64,000 bases of DNA from Tubiluchus corallicola (taxonomy: Eukaryota > Animalia > Priapulida): assembly GCA_030141605.1 (NCBI GenBank), contig JAQGDQ010000189.1, forward strand, positions 355,217-419,216. Reading direction: 5' to 3'. Position 1 is the first letter of the stretch; each line of letters opens with the position of its first letter. Of the stretch, positions 13,550 through 26,639 are shown one piece after another. A program made the translations under genes and the position numbers. The notes below the pieces were generated by a model. That model had not been told where the DNA came from and did no database searches. It saw only the letters and a program-made list of their open reading frames with translations.

Positions 13550-14100
13550 CTAAAGCATGGGCTCCTATTTATGCGTGCAAATTCAGTTTCTGTTGAGATA
13601 TGATAGCGAAAGTAAAGTCATCAGTAAATACAGTAAGCAAGTTGCTAAATGCGAGTTCGCCAAGGCGTTACATTAGGTCCTCTTTTAATCGACTTCTATG
13701 TAAATGTAAGATTTGGCTTCTGTTTACTTATGGTGATGAAAACCAGGGCTATCTTTAAGCACAGAGAGTCTTGTCCAAACAAAAGGCGTTTTAATGTATC
13801 AGTATTTCACAGCAGCATTGAGTACGCCTTGCAGTTGAATGGTAGATTCCGACTTGTTCTGCTTATCATCTATAATTAACCAACTGAGTAAGAGACTACT
13901 GCTCCACTAACATAACTCTATGGAAGTGACAAGGTAATCAAAGAAATGTTGCAGTTTGCTAAAGGTGAAATGTGTGGTTTAACATCGAATCCTGTTTCAT
14001 TTGATCTGCAAATTTCTGGTTTTCGATTTGCTGTGTGACAGCGATGCTAGAAAGTAAGTCATGTTCATCTTTGTACAAAATGCAAGTAATGAATGTGCAT

Positions 14101-14220
14101 CCAGGAGAAATAGAGGTCTCTGCCAACTTTCATTGGCAAAGACCAGGAGAAATAGAGGTCTATGTCAGCTCTCATTGGCAAAGACCAGGAGAAATAGAGG
14201 TCTCTGTCAGCTCTCATTCT
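14101..14220. repeat. 42-bp tandem repeat, 3 copies
   Basis: ccaggagaaatagaggtct...cattggcaaaga. Confidence 0.88.
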
Positions 14221-14433
14221 TAACGTAGCTGATAACGCGATCTAAGCGTTTCTATTTCATAAACCCAAGCGTTAGGAAAAGACAGAAATTATTGTTTGGA
14301 CATCAGTACAAGTTCTTTAACGAGAACGAAGGTTTCTGTCAGCTCTCATTAATAACTGAATTAGACGTAATCTAACCGTTTCTACTTTAGGTCTTCTGAA
14401 AAGACAGAAACTGTCCTTTGCGTACTATTTGAA

Positions 14434-15022
14434 AGCAAATCCGGAAGCAATGTTAAAAACTGTGGGTCAGAACAATCTGTTCATTAAAATATTGAAAGGA
14501 AACAAACTACTTTTTCGAAAACTATTTACGTGAAAGAATTATTACCACACAAACATAATTTCGCCACTAGTTCTTCACTGTTACATACATTTCAGCATTC
14601 GCTAGTTAGACGGGAATTTCGGAAAGCGTTGCACAAAAAAGGTGCTGTACTTCTCAGTTCAGATGTTAGTTTGTGACGAACTACACACGTTCGACAGCTC
14701 ATGCGTGAGCACGATAAATCTGAAACTTGAATTTTGATCTTAAAACTTGCCTAGTTTTAGTACAACACACTGAATATCTAACGGTAGCACTGTACTTCAA
14801 TTTTCACTTTCGCAAACACTGCAACACGCTCGTGGAATATTTTTGCTGTTGAAAATTATGTTACTTTGTGATGTCATCTATAGTTGGGCTCACCCACCGT
14901 TAATTAAGTTTTTAATCTATAATTTAATTATCAGAAACGCTTTTGCAATATAAATTGTCTTAAAATGTATACTTTTATCGGACTTGAAAATGGGGTAGTG
15001 TGTGAAAAATCGTCTTCTTCCC
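14434..15022 (-). mobile_element. Family A copy
   Basis: Reverse complement of the family A sequence, with both ends recognisable. Confidence 0.82.
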
Positions 15023-15119
15023 TTAATACAACGAGAAAAATTTGACGAGAAAAATGAGCAAACTAAAGCAGCTACATGCGAATCCTGCCTGCGTTCCTCC
15101 TACTGAGCTCCCCCCCCTA

Positions 15120-15236
15120 CACACACGCACTCACGCTCTCTCTCTCTCTCTCCCTTTGTCTCACTCTTACTCTCTGACTCACTCACTGTCTCTCTCTCTC
15201 TCTTTCTCTCTCTCTCACTCTCTCTCTCTCTCTCTC

Positions 15237-15282
<46 letters not shown>

Positions 15283-15598
15283 TCCCTCCCTCCCTCCCTC
15301 CCCCCTCTCTCTCTCAATCTTTCTCCCTCCCTCACTCTCTCTCTATCAATCTTTTTCCCCTCCCTCACTCCCTCCCAAGCCCGCTCTCTCTTTCTCTCTC
15401 TCTTCTCTCTCTCTCTCTCAATCTTTCTCCCTCCCTCACTCTCTCTCTATCAATCTTTTCCCCTCCCTCACTCCCTCCCAAGCCCCCTCTCTCTCTCTTA
15501 CTCACTCACTCACTGTCTCTGTCTCTCTTTCTCTGTCTCACTCGCTTTCTTTCTCTCACTCACTCACTCACTGTCACACACACACACACACACACACC
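15120..15598. repeat. (CT)n/(CA)n microsatellite region
   Basis: Direct reading. Confidence 0.95.
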
Positions 15599-15949
15599 AT
15601 AAAATGTGGAATTTTCGGGCATATGTGCTAATCCCTTCAATTATCTCCAATCAGCAATACCGAACGAATCCGATTGAAACGACCTGATTTGACAGGTAAA
15701 AATCCCATCGGGGGGAATAATCCAGAACGGCTGATAACGGCTTAGACCCTGTTGCGAAATGACAAGTACAAAAGGCACAGAGATAAGGGAGAAATCCCGA
15801 CATTTTTGTCAAACATTACCAATTTGCTTAAAAGGGAAACAAAGGCCGGAAAGAGACGGTTATTGCACATCGTAACGCCACGGGGGAGTCTAAAAGAGAC
15901 GCTCAAGGTCAGCAAGATTATTGAGTTAAAAAGCGTGTAGTAAGAAAAA

Positions 15950-16455
15950 TGCTGAGTGAATACAGTAATTTAAAGGTGATAATAAAACATCAGGCTGTCT
16001 AACTATAGGTAACTCATAGGTTTACTTGAAAGAGGTTGCAAATCATTTAAATACAGGATAGGTATAACTGATTCAGATCTGTGTGTTTGCAGTTTGGGCA
16101 GTCAAACCCCAGAACATTTAATTTTTCATTGTCCGTTACCATTGGTTAGAAAAGATATAAGAGTAAATCTCGAACGCAGCTTAGAAAACAATGACATTCG
16201 AAACATTTACAGAAAGAGAGACTAATGTAATTAAAATGTATATAGATATTGTAAAAGAACTAACCCAAAATGATCTTATAGTAAATTGGTTATACATTGT
16301 TTATAAATATTGGATATATATTTAGAATAAGTAAATCGTAAATTTATTTAATGTACATAGTGTAAAGACTTATTTAACATTTTTGTACTTTTGTGCCCTG
16401 CAAATAGAGGGCTTATTGTATAATTTTCAATAAAGATTTTTAATAATAATAATAT
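15950..16455 (+). mobile_element. LINE 3' remnant with zinc-knuckle motif
   Basis: DLCVCSLGSQTPEHLIFHCP motif, tail with AATAAAG and (AAT)n. Confidence 0.6.
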
Positions 16456-16514
16456 AGGTAACTGTGATGTTACTGAGCAGGCGTATTTTTACAGTTATGG
16501 GTCTAGGGGCTTGC

Positions 16515-17075
16515 AGGAAAGAACAAGTCACTCAGTATATTGGGTTTATTTTATTGTTATCACATAAACTGTTTATGGTGTGCTAGGAGAAAGAACAAAT
16601 CACTCAGTGTGTTGGGTTTATTTTACTGTTATCACTTAAACTGTTTGTGGTGTGCTAAAGGCAAGAACAAGTCACTCAGTATGTTGGGTTTATTTTACTC
16701 TTATCACTTAAACTGTTTGTGGTGTACTAAAGGAAAGAACTACTCACTCAGTATGTTGGGTTTATTTTACTGTTATCACTTAAACTGTTTGTGGTGTGCT
16801 AAAGGAAAGAACAAGTCACTCAGTATGTTGGGCTTATTTTACTGTTATCACTTAAACTGTTTGTGGTGTGCTAAAGGAAAGAACAAGTCACGCAGTATGT
16901 TGGGTTTATTTTACTGTTATCACTTAAACTGTTTGTGGTGCGCTAAAGGCAAGAACAACTCACTCAGTATGTTGGGTTTATTTTACTGTTATCACTTAAA
17001 CTGTTTGTGGTGTGCTAAAGGAAAGAACAAGTCACTCAGTATGTTGGGTTTGTTTTACTCTTATCAGTTAAACTT
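16515..17075. repeat. 72-bp minisatellite, about 8 copies
   Basis: Repeats of gaacaagtcactcagtatgttgggtttattttactgttatcacttaaactgtttgtggtgtgctaaaggaaa. Confidence 0.95.
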
Positions 17076-17779
17076 AGCAAAATAGAACAAAGAAATTTGC
17101 TAAGACTGTCTATAAAGCATAAATTTAAAATATATTACCTCTGAATAGAATTTTTCAGGCGTGGTGGTTGCTGCCATTAACTTGAAAATCGTGACGTAAC
17201 TGGGAGAGTTCGTGACTTTTCGTAAGCTCGCGCTGCTTAAACTAATTCAAACTTCTGCAGCCTACTTAACGTTTACGCAAAAATACTACAAAATTAGCTA
17301 TTTTTTGTAAAAACTTATTATACTTTTGACGAAGAGTGACAGTGCGCTACTTTTCTTCAAATGACGTGATTGGAAGAAGAATGGGTATTGAAAATGGGAG
17401 CACTCAAGCATGAAGTGATCGACTTTATAATGATTTTACTAATTACACGAGGCGCTTATTGCAATTTTATTACTAAATCCTTCTAACATTTTTCGCGAAC
17501 ACTGATATAAGTTTAACTTTCAAGAAGGGTTGCCTTTTCCTTTAATTATAAGTACATGTCGTTTATTATACAGATTTTTTAGAACACACACCTTCACAGC
17601 TCGTGAGCCTTTGTCTGTAGTAATAATTCTTTTGATAAAAAATGCGACTTATTTTAGAAAAAAGGCATAAACTTTCAAGACAATATTGCAAAAAAAACTA
17701 AAAAAGAAAAATTTAAGCCAACGTAGTTTCCTCTTTTCTGCTAGGGTATAATTGTAATGGACGATGTAGTCATTATTTC

Positions 17780-18135
17780 CAACCCAACTATTGATGACAT
17801 CACAAACTAACACAACCTACAATCACAAAAATATTCCACGAGCGTGTTGCACGTGTTTGCAAAAGCGAAAATTGAATTACAGTGCAACTGTAAGATATTC
17901 GGGTTGTTGTACTAAAACTAGGTAAGCGTTAAGGTGTGTAGTTCGTCACAAACTAACATCTGAACGAGAAGTACAGCACCTTTTTTGTGCAACACTTTCT
18001 GAAATGCCCATCTAACTAGCGAATGGCGAAAACTATGTAACAGCGAAGAACTAGTGGCGCGAAGGCGAAATTGTGTTTGTGTGCTAATAATTCTTTCTCG
18101 TAAATCTTTTCGAAAAAGTAGTTTGCTTCCACTGA
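17780..18135 (+). mobile_element. Family A partial copy with internal deletion
   Basis: caactattgatgacatcacaaactaac ... gaactagtggcgcgaa shared with other copies. Confidence 0.78.
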
Positions 18136-18961
18136 AGATACTATGAATTGATGAGAGTGATTTCAATCCCACCATGAACGAATTACCGATTATTAATTTT
18201 AATGATCCCACTGCAAAACGCTTGCAATCACCATACAGCCACAGCCAAGCCGTGATGATGATGACAAAGCCCTTATGAGGTGCTGTACAGAACCGACGAT
18301 GACTCATGCAAATTAATGTACTTGAGATTTTGATGATAATGTCTTTATTAAACGTGCTAACCACGGCTGGTTTAATTCACCACAAACAGCACTAGCTAAA
18401 TCAATATAATCCACCATTACAAGTGTGTTAACGACGCGTTGGTTAACACGGACTATTATAAACTGTGTTCTAAATGGCTTCATTGAGGTCCTCTCTGCTA
18501 CAACCGCGGGGGGTGTTTCTTCACGCTTGAGTGACTCGCGTTTTTATCTAGACGAGGATCAATGCTGACGACAGAACTCACCAATTTATACAAATCTTTG
18601 ATCGCTTTGAGATAATATCAGTAGTTAGACGTTTGGTCGTCAAGATGAATCAGGCCACCTTTGGGTGTGGTTGGAGGGTGGGGTGGGGGTCTTTTAGTGT
18701 GCTAAAAGAAGCGGTTAGCCTGCAGAAAAGCAAAAACAGCAAAAGAGTCAATGAAACAAGGTGTTTTATTATAGAAAATGGTTTTCTGGGATACGGGGGC
18801 ATTCGTCAACTTACGTATCCTTGCAAGTGGAACCCCTGCTGCTAGCAAATCCATGCAAAACTATAATATAGTGAAGCTACAAGTTTGTGCATCTAGTATC
18901 CCCAAAGAAAATTGTTTGGTTTATGAAATATTACTAAACTGAAAATGCATCTGTGGTTCAA

Positions 18962-19392
18962 TGTACCCAGCACCCCAAATCTTGGCCCTCTACCCAGCAC
19001 CCCAAATCTTGGCCCTGTACCCAGCACCCCAAATCTTGGCCCTGTACCCAGCACCCCAATCTTGGCCCTGTATCCAGCACCCCAATCTTGGCCCTGTATC
19101 CAGCACCCCCAAATCTTGGCCCTGTACCCAGCACCCCAAATCTTGGCCCTGTACCCAGGACCACAAATCTTGACCCTGTATCCAGCACCACAAATCTTGA
19201 CCCTGTACCCAGCACCACAAATCTTGACCGTGCATCTAGCACCCCAAATCTTGGCCCTGTACCCAGCACCCCCATATCTTGACTCTGTACCCAGCACCAC
19301 AAATCTTGACCCTGTACCCAGCACCCCAAATCTTGGGCTGTACTCAGCACCACAAATCTTGACCCCGTACCCAGCATCCCCAATCTTGGTCC
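18962..19392. repeat. 26-28-bp minisatellite
   Basis: cccagcaccccaaatcttggccctgta, about 15 copies. Confidence 0.95.
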
Positions 19393-19539
19393 CAATTGTG
19401 CCTCTGCTACGCAAGGTTAGTTGCCTCCATGATAACAGGGTGTACAAAATAAAACAACGCTGCCTCGAGAATTCCGGAAGTTACGTTACTCTAAACTACT
19501 ATTGTGCGAACAGTACAGCACTAACAGCATTGTAACTCG

Positions 19540-20064
19540 ACTTACGTGAAAGAATTATTACCAAACAAACAGAATTTCACGTTCGTGCCACTAGTTCTTC
19601 GCTGCTACATGCATTTCGCGATTCGCTAGTTAGACTGGCATAGCGCCTGCATTTCGGAAACACTTTGCACAAAAAGCAGGAGCTGTACCTCCCAGTTCAG
19701 ATGTGTTAGTTTGTGACGAACTACGCAGTTCGACAACTCATACGTGAACACAGCGGTAAATTTGAATTTTTATCTTAAAACTTGCCTAGTTTTAGTACAA
19801 CACACTGAATATGTTACAGTAGCACTGTACTTCAATTTTCGCTTTCTCAAACACGTGCAACACGTTCGAATATGGAATATTTTTGCTATTGAAAATTATG
19901 TTCGTTTGTGATGTGATCAATAGTTGTGCTCGTCCACCGTTAATTAAGATTTTAATCTATTATTTAATTATCAGAAACGCTTTTGCAGTATTAACTGTGT
20001 TAAAATGTATACTTTTTATTGCACTTGAAATCATGATAGTATATGAAATATCATCCTGTCTTGT
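19540..20064 (-). mobile_element. Family A copy
   Basis: Reverse-complement match ending tcatcctgtcttgt-TTAA. Confidence 0.82.
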
Positions 20065-20414
20065 TTAACAAGTGAAAAGCCTTCATAATTGCTTTCATTT
20101 TTAACCTTTCAGCAGCTAGGACTGCATCTCGAAAAATCAATTGAACAAATTGTCATGATTGCAATTCGACAGCCACTCGACACACTCGAGCAGACACGAA
20201 CATTATAAAACGGCAGATATGATTTTCGTCTACAGCATAGCAGACACGTCTACGACTCATTCACAACAACACACACGATCTCGTGCTGTGCGCCTGATTT
20301 AATTTCAGATAAACAAACAAAGTTGCCTGTAATCGACGCCATAAACAGAATGAATTCGACACTTCTCTACGACGCAGTCTGTACTGTTGTTCAATTACCC
20401 ACGAGTTTATTATA

Positions 20415-20900
20415 GTGTATTCATGCATAACCTACATTAGAACCGCAGGTTTTATTAAATTCTGCCAATAAATAGAAATTTTTATGGCAAGTCGCTATCA
20501 TGCATGCAGGAGACTAGAATAGGGAAGCCTACATGATGGTAATATGCATGACAATGTGAGGAAGGACTGGTACTTCGGTGTATTCATGCATAACCTACAT
20601 TAGAACCGCAGGTTTTATTAAATTCTGCTAATAAATAGAAATTTTCATGGCAAGTCGCTATCATGCGTGCAGGAGACTGGAATAGGGAAGCCTATATGAT
20701 AGTAATATGCATAACAATGTGAGGAAGGACTGGTACTTTGGTGTATTCATGCATATCCTACATTAGAACCGCAGGTTTTATTAAATTCTGCCAATAAATA
20801 GAAATTTTTATGGCAAGCCGCTATCATGCATGCAGGAGACTGGAATAGGCAAGCCTATATGATGGTAATATGCATGACAATGTGAGGAAGGACTGGTACT
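20415..20900. repeat. 163-bp tandem triplication
   Basis: Units start at 20415, 20578 and 20741. Confidence 0.93.
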
Positions 20901-20984
20901 ATATGCAATTAATTTCACTTCAAAGTAATGTAAATTTTTGTTCAAGAAAGTTCTACAATGGCGAATGATGTTTTTTCGTGATAT

Positions 20985-21125
20985 GCTTTTCCACAGTTCC
21001 AGCTGATTTGATGATGATCGGGAAAAGGTCAAAGGTTACGTGTACCAGACAACGCATTTGCCTCGCAGCCTAAGCTGTTGTAATAGTAACAGTTTTATCA
21101 GCTAGCTAGAACCTCACCTAGTTCA
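20985..21125 (+). repeat. Dispersed repeat family D
   Basis: aaaggtcaaaggtta.gtgtaccagacaac...cagctagctagaa recurs in reverse complement at 48450-48605. Confidence 0.75.
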
Positions 21126-22879
21126 TTTTTTCTTGTTTCTCAAGCAAGATCCTGCTAGTAAATCACTCCATGTACAGACTAATGCATATTATGTAAGGTC
21201 CGCGTAAAAATAGAAGTTATTGAACTGATGTGATAGACTGCTTTGCTTTACCCCATGTCACATGACGATTGTAGTTAAGACGCGTTACTTTTAGTCTTTG
21301 ACCTGCAGCAACTGCGCGTGCGCACAAGGTTATTCGCGTGGTGCATGCTTAGTAAAACACACGCAGGTATAGACATGATTGATGCAATTCTATGAGAGCT
21401 TTTCTTCAGGTTTCTTCAGGTAAAATGAGTCCACTCATTACATCAGATATTGAAGATTTGTTGCATGGAAAAAATGCTGGAAATAAATCCCCCAAAAATG
21501 CTCGCCGCACTCAAGCCATCTGACACTCGAAGCAACAAAGTTAAAGTCAGTTCTCAAACTTCGTTATATGTGTAAATAAAACGGTTTAAGTCCATTTACA
21601 TTGAATGGTACAGAAAATTTCATAGCCACTTAAAGAGCCGCTTAAAAAACTCGCCTCATTAGTAAATGGATGGGTGACTGGGTGACCACTGGCAAAACTG
21701 GCTCTGGACAGTTTCATTTTGCCACGCTGCCCTCCTCCCACTGTTTTTTTGTCCACCAGAGATATATACATACATCTGAAGAAGGCTAACAGATCTCTCC
21801 CTGTTCAGTATCAAACCTCAATTAATCCTTGGCGATGTGTAAGATTCCAGTCTTACCACAACCAATGAGTAAGCTCAGCAGTTTGCTGGTTTGCAGTGTG
21901 GTAAACTCTGGCAAATTGTACAAAACATTCAACTAATGGCACCAAATACCTAGGATATCAACCATATCATTAACTTGGTTAATAAGACAGCACTATTCAA
22001 AATAGGTCTTATAAGACCTATGACTTTTCTGCTACTGTATGAGCACAGACATAACTAAATGATTACAAATTAGGTACTGTTCTATTCAGGAGAATCTCGG
22101 CTATCTAATCATGCTATTTGTTTAAACATTTATAAGCGATTTGGTTGCATAAAATTAAGAAAATCATGAACAAAAGTTGGTGTGACTTGACTTACTTATG
22201 TTGTTGGTTATAAAGTATTTAAGAGTTTCGGTCATTTTGAATCAGATTCCAAATTAGGTAATGTTCTATTCAGAAGAATCTCGGCTATCCAATCATGTTA
22301 TTTGTTTAAAGATTTATAAGTGATTTAATTGGATAAAATTACGTAAAACACGCCCTCTTCAAGCACTCCAACTTAGCCTTGAGTAGCTGAGTCTGATATA
22401 CACTTACGTGATCGTACACACTATTTTATTGATCGTGTCACTGCTTGCTACAGCCCCCCCCCCCCCCCCCAGTTGAGCAAGTTCTGCTGTTCAGGAAAAA
22501 ACTCAATGAGCCAAGGACAAATTAAGGTCGTTTCATTTCTTAACAGGAATTTCTTCTTAAAAATAGAGTAGACTTGAGGTCAACGTTCATCAGAGTGTTG
22601 TGTCTGGATAGTTGAAATTTTGTGCATTAGCTGATTTCACACAAGTGATACTGTACAAACACGGCAGTTACTGAAAGCTTTTTTTCAATTTATTCGTCAA
22701 AGATCGATTTTTAATTTCTTTAAGGTAAGCAAATGCATTTCATTTATCATTTTGCTTGAAAGTCCATCGCGTGAATTAGTAGAAACCTACAAAAATTATC
22801 AAATACAATGTAATCGGTGCTTAGTGAGAGCAGTTTTTCACGAGCTCATGCAAAATACAGCAAACATTTACGGTTTTAT

Positions 22880-23450
22880 AAGTTATAAGTTTATTTATTT
22901 CCACTCAGCATCTAACAGTTATAAAATAAAAATACAGATAATTTCACTGAAGTAAATATAAATATAAATGCAATATAATCCAGAAATTACAAAAGAGATT
23001 CTTATGCAGCATATACGTGTGCAAATTACATTACAGAGTGATTTTGATGCATACAGTTTGAGCCTAAAAGCATAGCTTGACAGGCCAAACTGTACGTGGA
23101 AATCTTAAAGAAGTGATTAATAATTGAAATAATAATAATATATACATAAAAGTGGGGGGAGTAGTGTATGAAAGATGAAATGGAGTGAGAACTAAGAAAA
23201 ACTGTGATCATGATTATAAAGTGTTCAGTAACCTGCTGAGCATAGTCACGTTTTATTAAGATTACTGTGGAAAAAGAATGCAGGCGATTACCATTATCAA
23301 ACTCTGTTACTCTCAATACTTTTGAAATATTTCTTTTCTGGCGGTTTTTTTAAAAGTTTTGAAGGAGTTAAATAGTGTCGGCTCATTCTTGCTTATAATA
23401 TCCGTAAAGAAGAACCTCTTTTCCAAGTTTTGACTGATTTCAGTCGTGCA
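22880..23450 (-). mobile_element. Decayed LINE 3' end
   Basis: PTLFNS..FKTFKK...EIFQKY* resembles L2-type ORF2 ends; downstream hairpin cagtttg...caaactg and AATAAATAAA. Confidence 0.5.
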
Positions 23451-23869
23451 GCACTGAATCAGAGGCAGTATTATAAAGAAGTTCAAACAAAGTATCATTT
23501 GCTTCATTGTCAAGCCGCTTCAAGTTGCCACACCATCAATCAATCTTCCTTAATCAATGTAACGCTATAAGTGTACAATGTGGGCTGCTAAATAATTTAC
23601 TAGACGCTAATATACAGTTCGATGAATTGCTTGTGTTGTTAAATGCACGGAAAGCCAACTTGATAAACGCTGGGGAAACATGGTTTCTTTGCCTGTTAGT
23701 ATCAAATGAAGCCATTTCAGTTCAAAAGCAACTTCACTGTCAGCGCTTAGCTAGCACTACGAGTTGACCTTGAACTAATTAGATTGGAGCTGGTACAAAT
23801 CTTACACTGGAATACTAAGTGGCGAAAATGGAGACGTTTTCCTGATTCATATGAATGCTATTCTAACAG

Positions 23870-24035
23870 CTTTGCTGTTGAAAATTATGTTAGTTTGTGA
23901 TGTCATCAATAGTTGGGCACGCCCGCTGTGAACTAAGCTTTATTCGATCTATTATTTAATTATCAGAAACGCTTTTACAGTATGATTGGTGTTAAAATGT
24001 ATACTATTCATCGGACATGAAAATGGGGTAGTATA
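23870..24035 (-). mobile_element. Family A fragment
   Basis: gctgttgaaaattatgttagtttgtgatgtcatcaatagttgg...aaaatggggtagta. Confidence 0.75.
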
Positions 24036-24774
24036 CTTTAATTTTCTTGCGTGATCAAGAGCATAGTTGACAACTCAATTATGAAATCAATAACACTGGA
24101 CCTGTAAAACGGGTGGATGGGGGAGGGAGCTATATATCATAACGTGGCACAGATACCTCCGATAGTTCAGGCCTCATCTTAGAAAACTGACCTTGAAAAT
24201 GAAATGGGCCTTGGTCTCGCCTTAATAAACTTTCACAAGAATGGTTCTAGGTAAAGCCGTTGAGTGTGGATAGATAGATGGATGGATGGATAAATGAGTG
24301 GATGGGTGGGTGGATGGATGGATGGATGGATGCATGCATGCATGCATGCATGGATAGATGGATGGACGGATTGTAATATAATGTGTATGCAAATAATGAA
24401 TTCTAAATTCTAACAGAGACACACTACGGCCGAGCCTGCCATCTGGACGCTCGTCAAAAGAGGCCTTTCACGTGTTTGATTTTAGTTTACTAGCCAAATT
24501 ACAGAAATAATTTACATCAATTATCACACGTTGCTGAGTAGTGATTTGCCTACTTAACATTTCGGAATTAATTACAGGTGATGCGTGAATTTATGAAATT
24601 TTGATGAGTTTGCGTTTGAAATCATGGCGCCCCGGAGAGCTTCATTAAATGTTGAATCTACGAATGAAAAATCTACAGCAGCAGCAAATAAGAAGAGGGA
24701 GTTTCGAGAAAAAGACAATTATTGCAAAAGAGTGATGTTCGTGCGAACACTTCTAATGGCAGGTAATTTAATGT

Positions 24775-26298
24775 TTAGAAAACAAGATGAAAGAACAGCA
24801 AAGCGAAGTTTGCTAAAGTACAGTCTACGTCAGACGACAACCTGTAAACGTTTGGAAACAAGATGAAAGAACAGCAAAGCGAAGTTCACTAAAGTACAGT
24901 CTACGTCAGACGACAACCTGTAAACGTTTAGAAACAAGATGAAAGAACAGCAAAGCGAAGTTTGCTAAAGTACAGTCTACGTCAGACGACAACCTGTAAA
25001 CGTTTGGAAACAAGATGAAAGAACAGCAAAGCGAGGTTTGCTAAAGTACAGTCTACGTCAGACGACAACCTGTAAACGTTCAGAAACAAGATGAAAGAAC
25101 AGAAAAGCGAAGTTTGCTAAAGTACAGTCTACGTCAGACGACAACCTGTAAACGTTTGGAAACAAGATGAAAGAACAGCAAAGCGAAGTTTGCTAAAGTA
25201 CAGTCTACGTCAGACGACAACCTGTAAACGTTTGGAAACAAGATGAAAGAACAGCAAAGCGAAGTTTGCTAAAGTGCAGTCTACGTCAGACGACAACCTG
25301 TAAACGTTTGGAAACAAGATGAAAGAACAGCAAAGCGAAGTTTGCTAAAGTGCAGTCTACGTCAGACGACAACCTGTAAACGTTTGGAAACAAGATGAAA
25401 GAACAGCAAAGCGAGGTTTGCTAAAGTACAATCTACGTCAGACGACAACCTGTAAACGTTTGGAACAAGATGAAAGAACAGCAAAGCGAGGTTTGCTAAA
25501 GTACAGTCTACGTCAGACGACAACCTGTAAACGTTTGGAAACAAGATGAAAGAACAGCAAAGCGAGGTTTGCTAAAGTACAATCTACGTCAGACGACAAC
25601 CTGTAAACGTTTGGAAACAAGATGAAAGAACAGCAAAGCGAGGTTTGCTAAAGTACAGTCTACGTCAGACGACAACCTGTAAACGTTTGGAAACAAGATG
25701 AAAGAACAGCAAAGCGAGGTTTGCTAAAGTACAATCTACGTCAGACGACAACCTGTAAACGTGTGGAAACAAGATGAAAGAACAGCAAAGCGAGGTTTGC
25801 TAAAGTACAGTCTACGTCAGACGACAACCTGTAAACGTTTGGAAACAAGATGAAAGAACAGCAAAGCGAAGTTTGCTAAAGTACAATCTACGTCAGACGA
25901 CAACCTGTAAACGTTTGGAAACAAGATGAAAGAACAGCAAAGCGAAGTTTGCTAAAGTACAGTCTACATCAGACGACAACCTGTAAACGTTTGGAAACAA
26001 GATGAAAGAACACCAAAGCGAAGTTCACTAAAGTACAGTCTACGTCAGACGACAACCTGTAAACGTTTAGAAACAAGATGAAAGAACAGCAAAGCGAAGG
26101 TTGCTAAAGTACAGTCTATGTCAGACGACAACCTGTAAACGTTCGGAAACAAGATGAAAGAACAGCAAAGCGAGGTTTACTAAAGTACAGTCTATGTCAG
26201 ACGACAACCTGTAAACGTTCGGAAACAAGATGAAAGAACAGCAAAGCCAGGTTTACTAAAGTACAGTCTATGTCAGACGACAACCTGCAAACGTTTAG
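24775..26298. repeat. 76-bp minisatellite, about 20 copies
   Basis: Unit aaacaagatgaaagaacagcaaagcgaagtttgctaaagtacagtctacgtcagacgacaacctgtaaacgtttgg; near-identical units, no spacers. Confidence 0.97.
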
Positions 26299-26639
26299 CG
26301 TTACCCACGTGGTATTCAAATGGTGCTAAAACAGATTTATCTTCTGATTTCGTTTCTGAATGTCGCGGGGATGGAAAACATCAGGGTGACATTTTCTCCG
26401 AGCAGATTCAATTTTGCTGATCACTATAATTTTATATAAAGTTCACACTCACCCGCAACCGAATGCTTAGTTTAATCTACGGCTAAAGAAGATCGAAATC
26501 GAGCCTTACGAGTGTTTTAATGTTTCAATACCCGTCTTGGGATGTCACACTCTGTCAACTAAAGCCAGCCATTTGTTTATGAGAGGCTTTAGTGTGCTAA
26601 AGCACCATATAACCATACACGGCCTAGCCCTGAACAGCA

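Noticed and set aside
13649-13710. ORF with RQGVTLGPLL
   Set aside because: Only a tiny decayed reverse-transcriptase motif fragment, not a gene.
16540-17085. 181-aa Cys/His-rich repeat protein
   Set aside because: Open frame through a 72-bp minisatellite, starting at TTG, with no splice or domain support.
18893-19535. Overlapping repeat ORFs
   Set aside because: Artefacts of a 27-bp minisatellite open in several frames.
23313-23507. Small secreted peptide ORF (hydrophobic N-terminus, KR site)
   Set aside because: The C-terminus and downstream hairpin/AATAAA tail resemble a decayed LINE 3' end; the signal-peptide appearance is probably chance.
24775-26298. CRISPR-like array
   Set aside because: Units are contiguous and near-identical with no unique spacers; the context is eukaryotic and has no cas genes.
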